Of a stretch of 64,000 nucleotides of DNA, positions 52,401 to 64,000 are shown piece after piece. The stretch spans positions 12,524,001 to 12,588,000 of the forward strand of contig OX597819.1 in assembly GCA_951406725.2 (NCBI GenBank), in the 5' to 3' direction. How positions within the stretch are numbered: the first letter of the stretch is position 1; each line of letters begins with the position of its first letter. The position numbers and the translations under genes were made by a program. Below the pieces are notes generated by a model, which searched no databases, was not told the origin of the DNA, and saw only the letters and a program-made list of their open reading frames with translations. Origin of the DNA: Octopus vulgaris (taxonomy: Eukaryota).

Positions 52401-53299
52401 GAGTATACATGTTATTCTGACTCTCATAAACATCATCTTTTTTCCGATTTTAAAAGTAATTTTTCTACTTGTCTATTATTATTACTATTCAAATGATCTT
52501 CACTGCTTGCTATTCTGCCAGTCATCACCTACTCTGCTCTATGCTTCCTCCAGCCTCTAATGCATATTTATCATAAACCACTCCTCAACCGTTGTCCTTC
52601 GTTTGCTATATTTATCCCCCGACCTTTTCCTCATCTGTTACCATACCCCACTCTGCCCATATATTCTTGCTCCCTCTATTCACCCATGCTCCCTGTTTTT
52701 CGTCTTCACTTCTGTTCCCCTTCCACCTTGAAATTCCACGCTGACACCTGTGTTTTATCTATTTTTCCAGCTCCACCCCCAATTACTCCCACCCTCTTTT
52801 CTAATATGTGAATTGCCATGAGGCTTCTCTGCCACAAGAAGCCTGTTCTCTTCTGGCCCTTTCTCTTATACAGAAAAATGGTTGGTGTTAGAAAGAGCAT
52901 CCAACCATGCCAAAGCAGATGACTGGAGCACAATGTAGTCATTGGATGCATCAGATCTTGTCAAATTGTGCAGTCTAAGCCAGTATGAAAAATGGTTCTT
53001 AACATGAGATGATGATGATGATGATGGGGGGTGTGGTGGTGATGAGGATGATTACAAAGTGTCAATATTGTTTTTGCGATGTTCCCTTTTTTTCTTTGAT
53101 AGAACTTCCTCAAGATAACTTTCCTGATGACTCCATGTCCTTATTCACCTTGTCACATATTTTGTTGGTTTGTCTTCTTGTTTCTGTTTCTCAAAGCTTT
53201 TACATCTCTTCCTGGTTTGTTTTCAATTTTTCTTGAGCTTCCTTATTTGGTGGATATCTATACTTTTTTTTATACACACATACGCATATATATATATGT

Positions 53300-53927
53300 T
53301 CTCTGCACGTTTTCAGTGCTTATTGCTCCTGAGCATCTGCCACATACAAAAACTATCTTCCCAGTTAGCCTTTCTTTGATATTGCTGCACCTCTTATGTG
53401 TCCATAGCTTACACTGTGTACATCTTATAGAGTTTCTACCTATGCCTTTTCTACAGATTGAGCAGGGCCATCTACCTGAAGAGATTTGTGGTTTGCCTGC
53501 CTTCCTACTTATTAGGACTTTGGTGTTAGCTAGTTTGACTCTAAGGCCCTTTGATTCTAATCCTTGTTTCGACACCCTAGTTCTGATAGTGACTCAGCAA
53601 TTAGAGCAATATCGTCAGCATGCTCCCAGGGGCATTCTGTCTTGAATTCCTCCGTTATTGCCTGGAGGACTATGATAAATAGGAGGAGGCTAAGGACTGA
53701 ACCTTGGTGGACCCCTACCTCTACCTGGAATTCTTCACTGTACTTGTTGCCAATCCTCACCTTACTGACAGCATCCCTGTACACAGTTTGCACAGCTCTC
53801 ACTAACCATTCATCTATCCCTAGTTTCTTCATTGACCATCAGATAAGGGATCAGGGGACCCTGTCAAAGGCTTTCTCCATGTCAACGAAAGCCAGGTACA
53901 GAGGTTTATCTTTGGCTAGGTATTTCT
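53300..53927 (-). mobile_element. RTE-clade LINE RT fragment
   Basis: Homologous to about 45045-45660 (DMEKAFD, HQGSVLS, ADDIAL). Confidence 0.88.
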
Positions 53928-54166
53928 CATATATGTATGTATATGTGCATGTGTATACATAGACATTTACACATATGCAGGTATATGTCCATATGTATGT
54001 GTGCATGTAGGTATATGTTTGTGATTAATCTATATTTTTGTCACTTTTCATTTGTCTTGCTCACTTACGTTCTGGTGTCTGCTAAATTTTCTGGAGAACA
54101 TTTCTTATTGGTAAGACCATAGCGGATCTACTTCTAGCATAAGGGTTGTCCACATAGTGATCATCC

Positions 54167-54254
<88 letters not shown>

Positions 54255-54921
54255 ACAGGAAGGTTTACGAAAAAAACAAAAGACGAAGGCAGGTGGAGTA
54301 CAAACAAACAAATGTATTAGTATGGCGCTCAGGAATAGAAATAGAACAAGTCTTTTACGTTTCGAGCCTATGCTCTTCGACAGAAAGATACACAGAAAAA
54401 AAACAAGGAGAGAAACAAGGAGAGAAAAAAAATGAGAGAAAAAAAAAAAAATATATATATTATATATACACACACACATGTACTCTGATGAGTGTGTATA
54501 ACATACATACACACATTCATATATACGTACATACATGCATGTGTGTGTGTGTGTGTGTGTGTGTGCATACACACACATACATACATACACACATACTAAT
54601 ACATTCTTCCATACAAACACATATATGACAACATTATCATGATATAACATTTCTGAAGAGTATATCGAGAACATAGGTGAGTAAAATGAGAATATGCATA
54701 CAAGTTTGATGTGATGTACTAGATGTATGTGTTGCCCGGGCGAGACCCTTTCTAGCCAAGTTGACACCAAAAATATCGGGACCAAAGCTTTTCGGGCTAC
54801 AGTCGAGGAAAAGAGAATCAACTCTTACTAGAATAGGTGTTGCCCGACCTACTAGGTGTTCCTCGACCTGCCCGCTAAAGTGCAACAGCCCCCACCAAAA
54901 TCCCGGATCCCCAACCCGGTA

Positions 54922-54924
<3 letters not shown>

Positions 54925-54986
<62 letters not shown>

Positions 54987-55030
54987 TAGATAGATAGATA
55001 GAGAGATGGATAGATAGATAGATAGGTAGG

Positions 55031-55114
<84 letters not shown>

Positions 55115-55115
55115 G
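54925..55115. repeat. (GA)n plus (GATA)n microsatellite
   Basis: Directly visible in sequence. Confidence 0.95.
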
Positions 55116-55592
55116 TGATAGTTGTTATTTAGTCCCAGGTTAGCTTGATCACGCAGACCAAAGATTAAATGTGCACATCCCAGCGTTGTATCCAGCTACA
55201 TTTTCTCAGTTGCTACATTTATCCAGTGTGTCCTTATTTTTCAAGTCTGTAGAATGGTGGAGGCGCGTGGCCTAGTGGTTAGGGTGTCAGCATCATGATC
55301 GTAAGATTGTGGTTTCGATTCCTGGACAGGGCGACGCGTTGTATTCTTGAGCAAAACACTTCGTTTCACGTTGCTCCAAACCACTCAGCTGCGATGGACT
55401 GGCGTCCCGTCCAGCTACGGAACACATACGCCATTGAAACCGGGAAACCGGGTCCATGAGCCTGGCTAGGCTTTAAAAGGGCGCGTTTATTATTATTATA
55501 ATTGCGCGATTTTGCTGTTATCTCTAGCAAGTCGACCAACCACAAACTCCCGCATTGCTTCGTTATAGATCTTATTTACGGATGTAGTAACT

Positions 55593-55616
55593 GTTGCTAG
55601 GTAACTGACAGGAAGT
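55593..55616 (+). promoter_or_regulatory. RFX X-box plus ETS motif upstream of STYXL1
   Basis: GTTGCTAGGTAAC 55593-55605 and CAGGAAGT 55609-55616, 60-80 nt upstream of the ATG. Confidence 0.65.
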
Positions 55617-55672
55617 TAGAAATCACGTTTAGTTTGTTGACAATCTTACCGCAATAATAGAGGCGGGAGAAA

Positions 55673-55778
55673 ATGGAAAAAGATCTTGTGTTTTTGGACC
55701 ATTCGGAGCTCTACAACTTATTGCAGAAGTGTAAACGCTACCCTGCCCTTGCTGATCCTAATTATCTTTTATTACTGG
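55673..55778 (+). CDS. STYXL1: STYXL1 (MK-STYX pseudophosphatase)-like first coding exon; later exons not found in window
   Basis: MEKDLVFLDHSELYNLLQKCKRYPALADPNYLLLL(D), ending G|gtaagt. Matches the recalled human N-terminus [35 protein letters not shown] (ELYN.L and L.DPNYL.LL). Confidence 0.85.
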
Positions 55779-56554
55779 GTAAGTATATTAATTTGTAGAA
55801 ATGAAAAGTTGGAGGAAGAAGGAAAATTTGCTCGGAGCAGGTAACGTACTCGCGGTGCTACTGTTAATACCCAGTACAACAGGTCGCATGATCGGGCTGT
55901 CGGCAACTAAACCGATAACCCAACCATGCCTGTTTGGTAAGGAGGGTGGCTTTCGTTAGACACCCGGCAAGACCAAAAACAAAACCTAATAAAGGGCGGA
56001 TGAGCTCAGTAGCGTCAAAAACCATGCAGCAGTTGCGAATGAGAGACCCCTAGTCTTTGCTTGGATATCTGTCTAAGAGAAGGGAAATTCGGATGTAGCT
56101 ACTGCAACTTAGTTTCCATCCAATGATGTAGACTACTTCTTTTTGGGCCTTTGCATACGTTTAGAGAGTAGGATTAGCCTTACTTGTTTTATTGGTCTCT
56201 TTTTTTGCTGAGCTGCTAAGTTATGGGGATGTAAACAAACCAATACTACTTGTCAAGTGGTGGTGGGGTAACAAACACAAACACACACACACACACATAC
56301 ATACACACATGTAAGTGCCTATCCTTCAGTTTCTCCTATCAGACCCACTCACAAAGCTCTGGTTGACCTGAGACTATAGCAAAAGACACTTGCCCAAAAT
56401 GCCACACAGTGGGACTGAACCTGGAACCATGTGGTTGGGAAGCAAACGTCTTACCATACAGCCACATCTATGTCTATTTAAATACAAATTTATTTTAATA
56501 AATTCATTAAGGTTTAATACTTTAATGATAATCACAACCCCTACGATTTTCCAT

Positions 56555-57218
56555 TTCCTTCTTTTGTTCCTTCCTTCCTTCCTTCCTTGCTTCCTCTCTT
56601 CCTTCCTTCCTTTCTTCCTTCCTTTCTTTCTTCCTTCCTTCCTTCCTTCCTTCCTTCCTTCCTTTCTTCCTTGCTTCCTTGCTTCCTTTCTTCCTTCCTT
56701 TCTTCCTTGATTCCTTGATTCCTTCCTTCCTTCCTTCCTTCCTTGCTTCCTTTCTTCCTTGCTTCCTTTCTTCCTTCCTTTCTTCCTTGATTCCTTCCTT
56801 CCTTCCTTTCTTCCTTGCTTCCTTGCTTCCTTTCTTCCTTCCTTTCTTCCTTGATTCCTTCCTTCCTTCCTTGATTCCTTCCTTCCCTCCTTCCCTCTTT
56901 CCTTCCTTCCTTGATTCCTTCCTTCCCTCCTTCCCTCTTTCCTTCCTTGCTTGCTTCCTTCCTTCCTTCCTTGCTTCCTTTCTTCCTTCCTTCCTTCCTT
57001 CCTTCCTTGATTCCTTCCTTCCTTCCTTCCTTGATTCCTTCCTTGCTTCCTTGCTTCCTTGATTCCTTCCTTCCTTCCTTCCTTCCTTCCTTCCTTCCTT
57101 CCTTGCTTCCTTTCTTCCTTCCTTTCTTCCTTGATTCCTTCCTTCCCTCCTTCCCTCTTTCCTTCCTTCCTTCCCTCCTTCCTTCCTTGCTTCCTTCCTT
57201 CCTTCCTTCCTTCCTTCC
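56555..57218. repeat. (CCTT)n-derived polypyrimidine/polypurine tract, about 660 bp
   Basis: Directly visible in sequence. Confidence 0.95.
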
Positions 57219-57738
57219 AACAAGGTTAGTGAATGATTAATGGATATTTTTGACTGTGAAAGGTCAAATAAACTGGGACGATGTCTAATCTTTGTCTACC
57301 CTACTTATGGCTGATAAATAGCTTCAATATAAATTTGATTGGAATCCAGATGTTTTTTTTCTTCTACCTTTTGCATGGCAATAGGTAGAAGGTATGGTCT
57401 GGTGGTTAGAGTGTTGCAATCACGATCTTACTATCATGGTTTCGATTCCTGGACCAGGCAGTGTGTTGTGCTCTTGAGCAAAACACTTCATTTCACATTG
57501 CCCCAGCCCACTCAACCGTAAATGAGTTCCAGCAATAACTGGGAAGTTAACCCTGCTACAGACAGACATTCCATTCAGTGGTGGGTGCCATTATCTCAAT
57601 CATTTATACTCCATGAAAGCCAGGTTAAGTTCTGCCCTTATGATCCCTAGGGCATCATGGCAGACCTAAATAAGTGCCTATTGCATGTACCTGCATAACC
57701 TTTCCTGGCATTATTTATTTAATTAAGCGCCTAATTAT

Positions 57739-58535
57739 AGGCGCAGGAGTGGCTGTGTGGTAAGTAGTTTGCTTACCAACCACATGGTTCCGGGTTCAGT
57801 CCCACTGCGTGGCATCTTGGGCAAGTGTCTTCTGCTATAGCCCCAGGCCGACCAATGCCTTGTGAGTGGATTTGGTAGACAGAAATTGAAAGAAGCCTGT
57901 CGTATATATCATCATATATCATCATCATCGTTTAACGTCCGCTTTCCATGCTAGCATGGGTTGGACGGTTCAACTGGGGTCTGGCAAGCCCGAAGGCTGC
58001 ACCAGGCCAGTCAGATCTAGCAGTGTTTCTACAGCTGGATGCCCTTCCTAATGCCAACCACTCCGAGAGTGTAGTGGGTGATTTTATGTGCCACCGACAC
58101 AGGTGCCAGACGAGGCTGGCAGACGGCCACGCTCGGATGGTGTTTTTTATGTGCCACCGACACAGGTGCCAGACGAGGCTGGCAGACGGCCACGCTCGGA
58201 TGGTGTTTTTTATGTGCCACCGACACAGGTGCCAGACGAGGCTGGCAGACAGCCACGCTCGGATGGTGTTTTCTTATGTGTCACCGGCACAGGTGCCAGA
58301 CGAGGCTGTATGTATGTGTGTGTATATGTTTGTGTGTCTGTCCCCCTAGCATTGCTGGACAACCGATGCTGGTGTGTTTACGTCCCCGTCACTTAGCGGT
58401 TCGGCAAAAGAGACTGATAGAATAAGTACTGGGCTTACAAAGAATAAGTCCTGGGGTCGATTTGCTCGACTAAAGGCGGTGCTCCAGCATGGCCACAGTC
58501 AAATGACTGAAACAAATAAAAGAGTAAAGAGTAAA
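57739..58535 (+). mobile_element. SINE A with an antisense RTE-tailed element nested in its central microsatellite
   Basis: SINE head 57739-57905, insert about 57919-58307 with 63-bp tandem units, SINE 3' half resumes about 58308. Confidence 0.8.
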
Positions 58536-60280
58536 GGCAAAAATGCTTCTGGGCTGGACAAAAACATTGTTGAGATGAATGATGTAAAAATGAATGATGA
58601 TGGGAGATGACAAAAAACGCCCCCCGATTTTTTTGCTTCTCTAAAACATTATTCTCTTCTTTTTTTTTTACATAGTAAAAACAATACAAGGTATTAAACC
58701 TCTTACTTTAGTTCCGTAGTTCATTCTCAGTTGAGGCTCTGAGCCTCTTACAAACAATAAACACAAAACAAAACAACAGACCAAGGCATTAAACCTCTTA
58801 CTTTAATGTTGATGCACAATACCTGGCACTAAGCCTCTTAATTTTTCCGCCCCGCTGTCACCTGACCAGGCTCAATGCCACACTCAAGCACCTTGATGGT
58901 GCTAGGTCGGGACTTTTCGGCAAAAAGCGAAATATGTCTTCAGGGAAGGACTTTATTACCTCAAACAAGTTTTTTTCCCACACGACCTCTGCAGCTACCT
59001 GCGGAGGCCAATCAGATTCTTGATACAGGTACTAATTCCTTCCCATCGACCTTTTTTATGAAACTTTTTAATCATTTTTTTTATTTAAGTACCATTTGTA
59101 TACTGGAGTCAATCTAATCAACTGGCCCCCTCCCAAAACTTTTGGGCCTTGTGCCTAAATTAGAAAAGATTATTTATTTAATTAAGAAGGTGGTGAGCTG
59201 GCAGAATCATTAGCACACTGGGCAAAGTGCTTAGCACCATTTCGTCCATTGCTACATTCAAATTCCGCCAAGGTCGACTTTGCCTTTCATCCTTTCGGGG
59301 TCGATAGATTAAGTACCATTGAAACACTGGGGTCAGTGTAATCGATTGTCCCCTTCTCCAAAATTTCAGGCTTTGTGCCTTCAGTAGAAAGGATTATTTA
59401 TTGAGTTAAGGTCATGGAGTGACTGAAAAGTAATTAGGTACAGATACTTTGAGTTCAAATCCTACAGGAGTCTGTTTCTTTGCTGATCTAATCCAATTAT
59501 CTGTTCCCCTCCCCCTATAAATCTATGAAACCATTCCAATGTTTGTGGATCATTAATAATGTGTTTCAAATGTTTATAGCAAATTGTTATTTTCTACAAG
59601 TTGGCTCTGATTGATCAGAACTTTGCTCAAAGACTTTCCATTTTTGATGTCAGATGCTTGGGTGAAAAACCAAAAACAAAAAAAAAAACAAAAAACAAAA
59701 TAAAGGCTATGGGTGTAGACATAGCTGTGTGGTTAAGAAGTTTGCTTCACACCCATGTGATTTCAGGTTCAGTCTCACTGCGGGGCAAGTGTCTCTTACT
59801 ACAACCTTGTGAATGAATTTGGTAGATGGAAAGCCTGTTATATGTGTGTGTGGTGTGTGTGTGTGCCATCATCCTCATCATCATTTAAATTCTGTTTCCT
59901 ATGCTGGTATGGGTTATATGGGTTGACAGCAGCAGATAAGGCCAGGATCCACACCAGGTTCTGTTGTCTGTTTTGGCATGGTTTCTACAACTGGATGCCC
60001 TTCCTAATGCCAACCACTTCTCAGAGTGTACTGGGTGCTTTTTACATAGCACTGGCACAAGTCCATTTCATATAGTACCAGTACCAGTGCTTTCTATGTG
60101 GCACCAGCACCAGTACTTTCTATGTGGCACCAGCACCAGTACTTTTTATGTGGCACTAGGCAAAGTCAACCTCAGTGGAGTTTGAACTCAGAACGTAACG
60201 GCAAACGAAATACTGCTAAGAATTTCGCCCGGCGTGCTAACATTTCTGCCAGTTCACAGCCCTTCTAATATATATATATA

Positions 60281-60920
60281 CTAGCCGTATCGCCCGGCGT
60301 TGCTCGGGTTTGTAAGGGAAATAACTATATAAGCATTTTTAGAGATGTAAAGTATAATAGCCATCTCAATATGGCTAACCACAAAGGGGGTGGGTACTGT
60401 AGCTTTTTACGTTCTGAGATTTAATAATAAATTTTTAGAGAGTTACTTCCCTTATATATGCCAAAAATGCATTAAAAATGGGAAAAATTGATGGTAAATT
60501 TTTTTTAAAATCGTAGACTCATCGTAGATGCGTGCTAATACCCAGAAGGGCTCGATATGAATCACGACTATAAGATACCCGGTTTTGGTTAAAAGGCGGC
60601 GGGCTGGCAGAAACGTTAGCACGCCGGGCGAAATATCTTAGCGGTATTTCGTCTGCGTTACGTTGTGAGTTCAAATTCCGCCGAGGTTGACTTTGCCTTT
60701 CATCCTTTCGGGGTTGATAAATTAAGTACCAGTTACGCACTGGGGTCAATGTAATTGACTTAATACCTATGTCTGTCCTTGTTTGTCCCCTCTGTGTTTA
60801 GCCCCTTGTGGGTAATAAAGAAATAGGTTTTGGTTAAACTGCACTGCAAAATGTGGGAGTAGTTAGGAATCTAAATCGTAGGAGACAGACATCACACAAC
60901 CTCACTTTTATATATAAAGA
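60281..60920 (-). mobile_element. Non-autonomous Helitron interrupted by SINE B
   Basis: 5' TC and 3' CTAG, inserted between A and T within (TA)n with no TSD. Near-identical to 12447-12830. Confidence 0.85.
60594..60825 (+). mobile_element. SINE family B nested in a Helitron
   Basis: 13-bp target duplication ggttttggttaaa at 60581-60593 and 60826-60838. Confidence 0.85.
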
Positions 60921-62653
60921 TATATATTAACCGAAAAATGGAAATATCATTCATCATGGTTCTACACAAACAGCAAAAGCTCGGCTCCATCCTTCTTCAT
61001 TCTAGAAATTCCAGTATTAGTCACAGTCTCCATAACACTTCCCCAAACCACCAGAGACATTGTCTGTGACACAACCAATCTGTCTTCTCTACATTCCCTT
61101 CAGAACAGGATTTCAACAGCTGACACATCTTCCTCTCCCTGTAACTCAATTACTCCTCCCATTATATAGGCCACCATAACTGTCGTTCATGATCGCTCAG
61201 CTTGCTAGAAATAGCAGCTGAATTTTCCTTTTCTATTTTCAATTAGATAATCTAATCTTAAGATATACTTTTTTACTTATTAAAATTATTATTATTGAGC
61301 CCTAAGTTTCATGAGGCCAGTTACCCTATTCCCATGGCCTGTAAGTGACCGGGATCACAACAATCCCTTTGAATGGGATGCCAGTTCACTGCAAGGTTAA
61401 AGGCCAGGAATTTTTGAGGGGAGAGGCAAGTCATTTACATAAACTCAGTACTTGACTGGTTCTTTATTTTATTGACCCCAAAAGTATGAAAAGCAAAGTA
61501 GAGCTTAGTGTGATTTGAACTCAAAATGCAAAGAACCTGAAGAAACGCTGCTAAGTGTTTTGTCTGATATGCTGACGATTCTGCCAGCTTGCCTGGAAAA
61601 ATGGAATCTACAGGATGGTCATTGTTGGAATGTCTTTCATTATATGTCTCTTTGCTCAGAGTTGAACTTAGGCTAAGCAAAAGTAACAAAAACAGCAGCA
61701 GCAACTGCAACAACAACAACAACCACAAAAACTAGTGATAAAATAAACCAACAAGGGAGCCATAAGGCAGTCAGTCAACCTATTAGAAATAGCAGCTCTA
61801 TTTCACTCAATTACAACCTTATAATAGATAATATGTGAGACTATATTGAATACTCTTTTACTTGTTTCATCATCGTTGTTGTTGTTTTTCATATCCATTT
61901 TCCAAGTTGTAAAAAAGTTATTGTGAAATGATTTGGTTGAAACATTTGCAGTACATAATTCTTCCCCATCATTGGGCAATAAACTGTGCTTGTGAAGACC
62001 TGCTGAGTGAAGTGAAGTCATTGTTGTGGCTGATGACAATACCTCCTGAATGGCACCTGTGCTGGAGGCATGTAAAAAGCACCATTCGAATGTGGTCAAT
62101 GCCAGTGCTGCCTGACTGGCTTGGCTCCTGTACCAAGACACGTAAAAAGCACCATTCAAGTGTAGTTGATGCCAGTGCCACCTGACTGGCTCCCATGCCA
62201 GTGGCCTGTAAAAAGCACTATTTGAGTGTGGTCATTGCCAGTGCTGCCTGACTGGCTCCCATGCCAGTGGCCTGTAAAAAGCACCATTCAAGTGTGGTCA
62301 ATGCCAGTACTGCCTGACTGGCCCTCATGCTGATGGCATGTAAAAAGCATCTACTACACTCTTGGAGTGGTTGGCATTAGGATGGGCATCCAGCTGTAGA
62401 AACTCCGCCAGATCAGATTGGAGCCTGGTGCAGCCTCCTGGCTTGCCAGACCCCAGTCAAACTATCCAACCCATGCCAGCATGGAAAGTGGATGTTAAAT
62501 GGCAATGATGATGATGATGATGATGATCCCCTCCAGTGAGGGGAGAGAACCCAGTGGATGTAAGTTAGTTCTGACACCTAACTAGCTTCACCTTGGTCTA
62601 CGTCCTCAATATACCACACCCTAGCTATATCTTCTGTCTACCATCATCTGCTG

Positions 62654-62830
62654 GCATTGAGAGTGGATGGCATTGAAGGTGCACTGCATTGAGAGTGGAG
62701 GGCATTGAGGGTGCGCTGCATTGAGGGTGGAGGGCATTGAAGGTGGAGGGCATTTAGGGTGGAGGGCATTGAGGATGGAGGGCATTTAGGGTGGAGGGCA
62801 TTGAGGGTGGAGTGCATTGAGGGTGGATAG
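62654..62830. repeat. 16-bp G-rich minisatellite (gcattgagggtggagg), about 11 copies
   Basis: Directly visible in sequence. Confidence 0.9.
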
Positions 62831-63403
62831 CTGGCAAGCAAGGAGTTGATGGTGGAGAGCAGCACAGTGAGGGGAGAGAAGGTGCAGAAGGGAGGTGATT
62901 GGTGAAGAGAGTAGGTGGGGAGGGGAAAAAAAGGTAATTAGTGGGTGGCGGTGAAATCCTACTCTGCTCTCAGATGATAGAGAAAGTGATGGGTGTTAGG
63001 GGATGAAATGTGGGTGTAGATAGGAGGTTGTTGGGGGCAGAGCACCTCATGGATATGTATTATAAAGGTGATTTTCAGATATCAATTCTGCTGTGGTGTG
63101 TGGTTCTTCTTGAGTACAGCAAAGTACCAGATATCTCAGTCCTTTGTCAACTCCTTTGTGAGGTTTGGCATTTTAAGATCGGCCTTCAATACTTTGTTCC
63201 ATGTCTACCTGGGCTGCTCTCTTCCACAACTTGCCTCCATTTTAGGTGATCTTCCCTTCTTTAAGCAACTGTCTTCATCCATATGCTTCACACGACCAAA
63301 CCAGTGCAGTTTTCTGTCTTGTGGTTTGCTTATCTTCATTAGAAATTCTAACAAAGGTGAGAGCTACCTGAAACTTCAAAGTCACCTGGCAACTTATTCC
63401 TTA

Positions 63404-63611
63404 CTCTTTTACTCTTTTACTTATTTCAGTCATTTGACTGTGGCCATTCTGGAGTACCACCTTTTGTCGAGCAAATCAACCCCAGGACTTATTCTTTTGT
63501 AAGCCTAGTACTTATTCTATCGGGCTCTTTTGCCGAATCGCTAAGTTATGGGGACATAAGCATACCAACATCGGTTGTCAAGCGATCTTGGGGGACAAAC
63601 ACAGACACACA

Positions 63612-63655
<44 letters not shown>

Positions 63656-63818
63656 CGATGGGCTTCTTTCAGTTTCCGTCTATCAAATCCATTCACAAGG
63701 CTTTGGTCAGCCTAAGGCTATAGTAGAAGACACTTACCCAAGGTGCCATGCAGTGGGACTGAACCCGGAACCATGTAGTTGGTAAGCAAGCTACTTACCA
63801 CACAACCACTCCTGCACC
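63404..63818 (-). mobile_element. SINE family A, full copy
   Basis: Reverse complement of the family A consensus. Confidence 0.85.
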
Positions 63819-64000
63819 TTGTAAAGGTTTAATAAATATGTACCCTCCTGAACTAGATATGAAAACTGGTATGTATTTATGTATGCATGTGTGTGTGTGT
63901 GTGTGTGTTATGGTCACCTTGCCCTGATGTCTTGTGATAGCTGTAAATAACTGTTGCAAGTCACACAAGCGGTGTCCCTCATTTCCAGTCTTCTGCGAAA

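Noticed and set aside
56522-57240. 233-aa K/E/G/R-rich ORF
   Set aside because: Translation of an (AAGG)n microsatellite.
59650-59700. STYXL1 exon 2 candidate (cag|ATGCTTGG)
   Set aside because: The phase fits, but the peptide (DAWVKNQKQK...) does not resemble the expected D.R...EY.ESH segment. Exon 2 is probably beyond the window.

Overview
Eukaryotic, AT-rich, repeat-dense genomic DNA. The SINE/LINE/MITE and microsatellite landscape looks like an octopus or other coleoid cephalopod (inference; no search was run). Three intron-containing genes can be rebuilt from GT-AG junctions with consistent reading phases. (1) The 3' six exons of a DZANK1-like ankyrin-repeat gene (+, 1-13420). (2) A complete 8-exon mitochondrial malate dehydrogenase MDH2 (-, 39436-16120, 344 aa). 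(3) The first coding exon of a STYXL1/MK-STYX-like pseudophosphatase (+, 55673-55778), divergent from MDH2 as I recall it being in human. The rest is tRNA-derived SINEs, an RTE-tailed element with modular hairpin repeats, CR1/RTE/R2-superfamily LINE fragments, TTAA-flanked MITEs, non-autonomous Helitrons, a solo LTR, foldbacks and micro/minisatellites. Most ORFs in the supplied track are repeat artefacts. I see no clearly novel multi-gene system. The best leads are the MDH2-STYXL1 head-to-head linkage with an apparently split promoter, inverted tRNA-like foldbacks bracketing a frame-symmetric DZANK1 exon, composite MITE arrays and structurally conserved hairpin modules.
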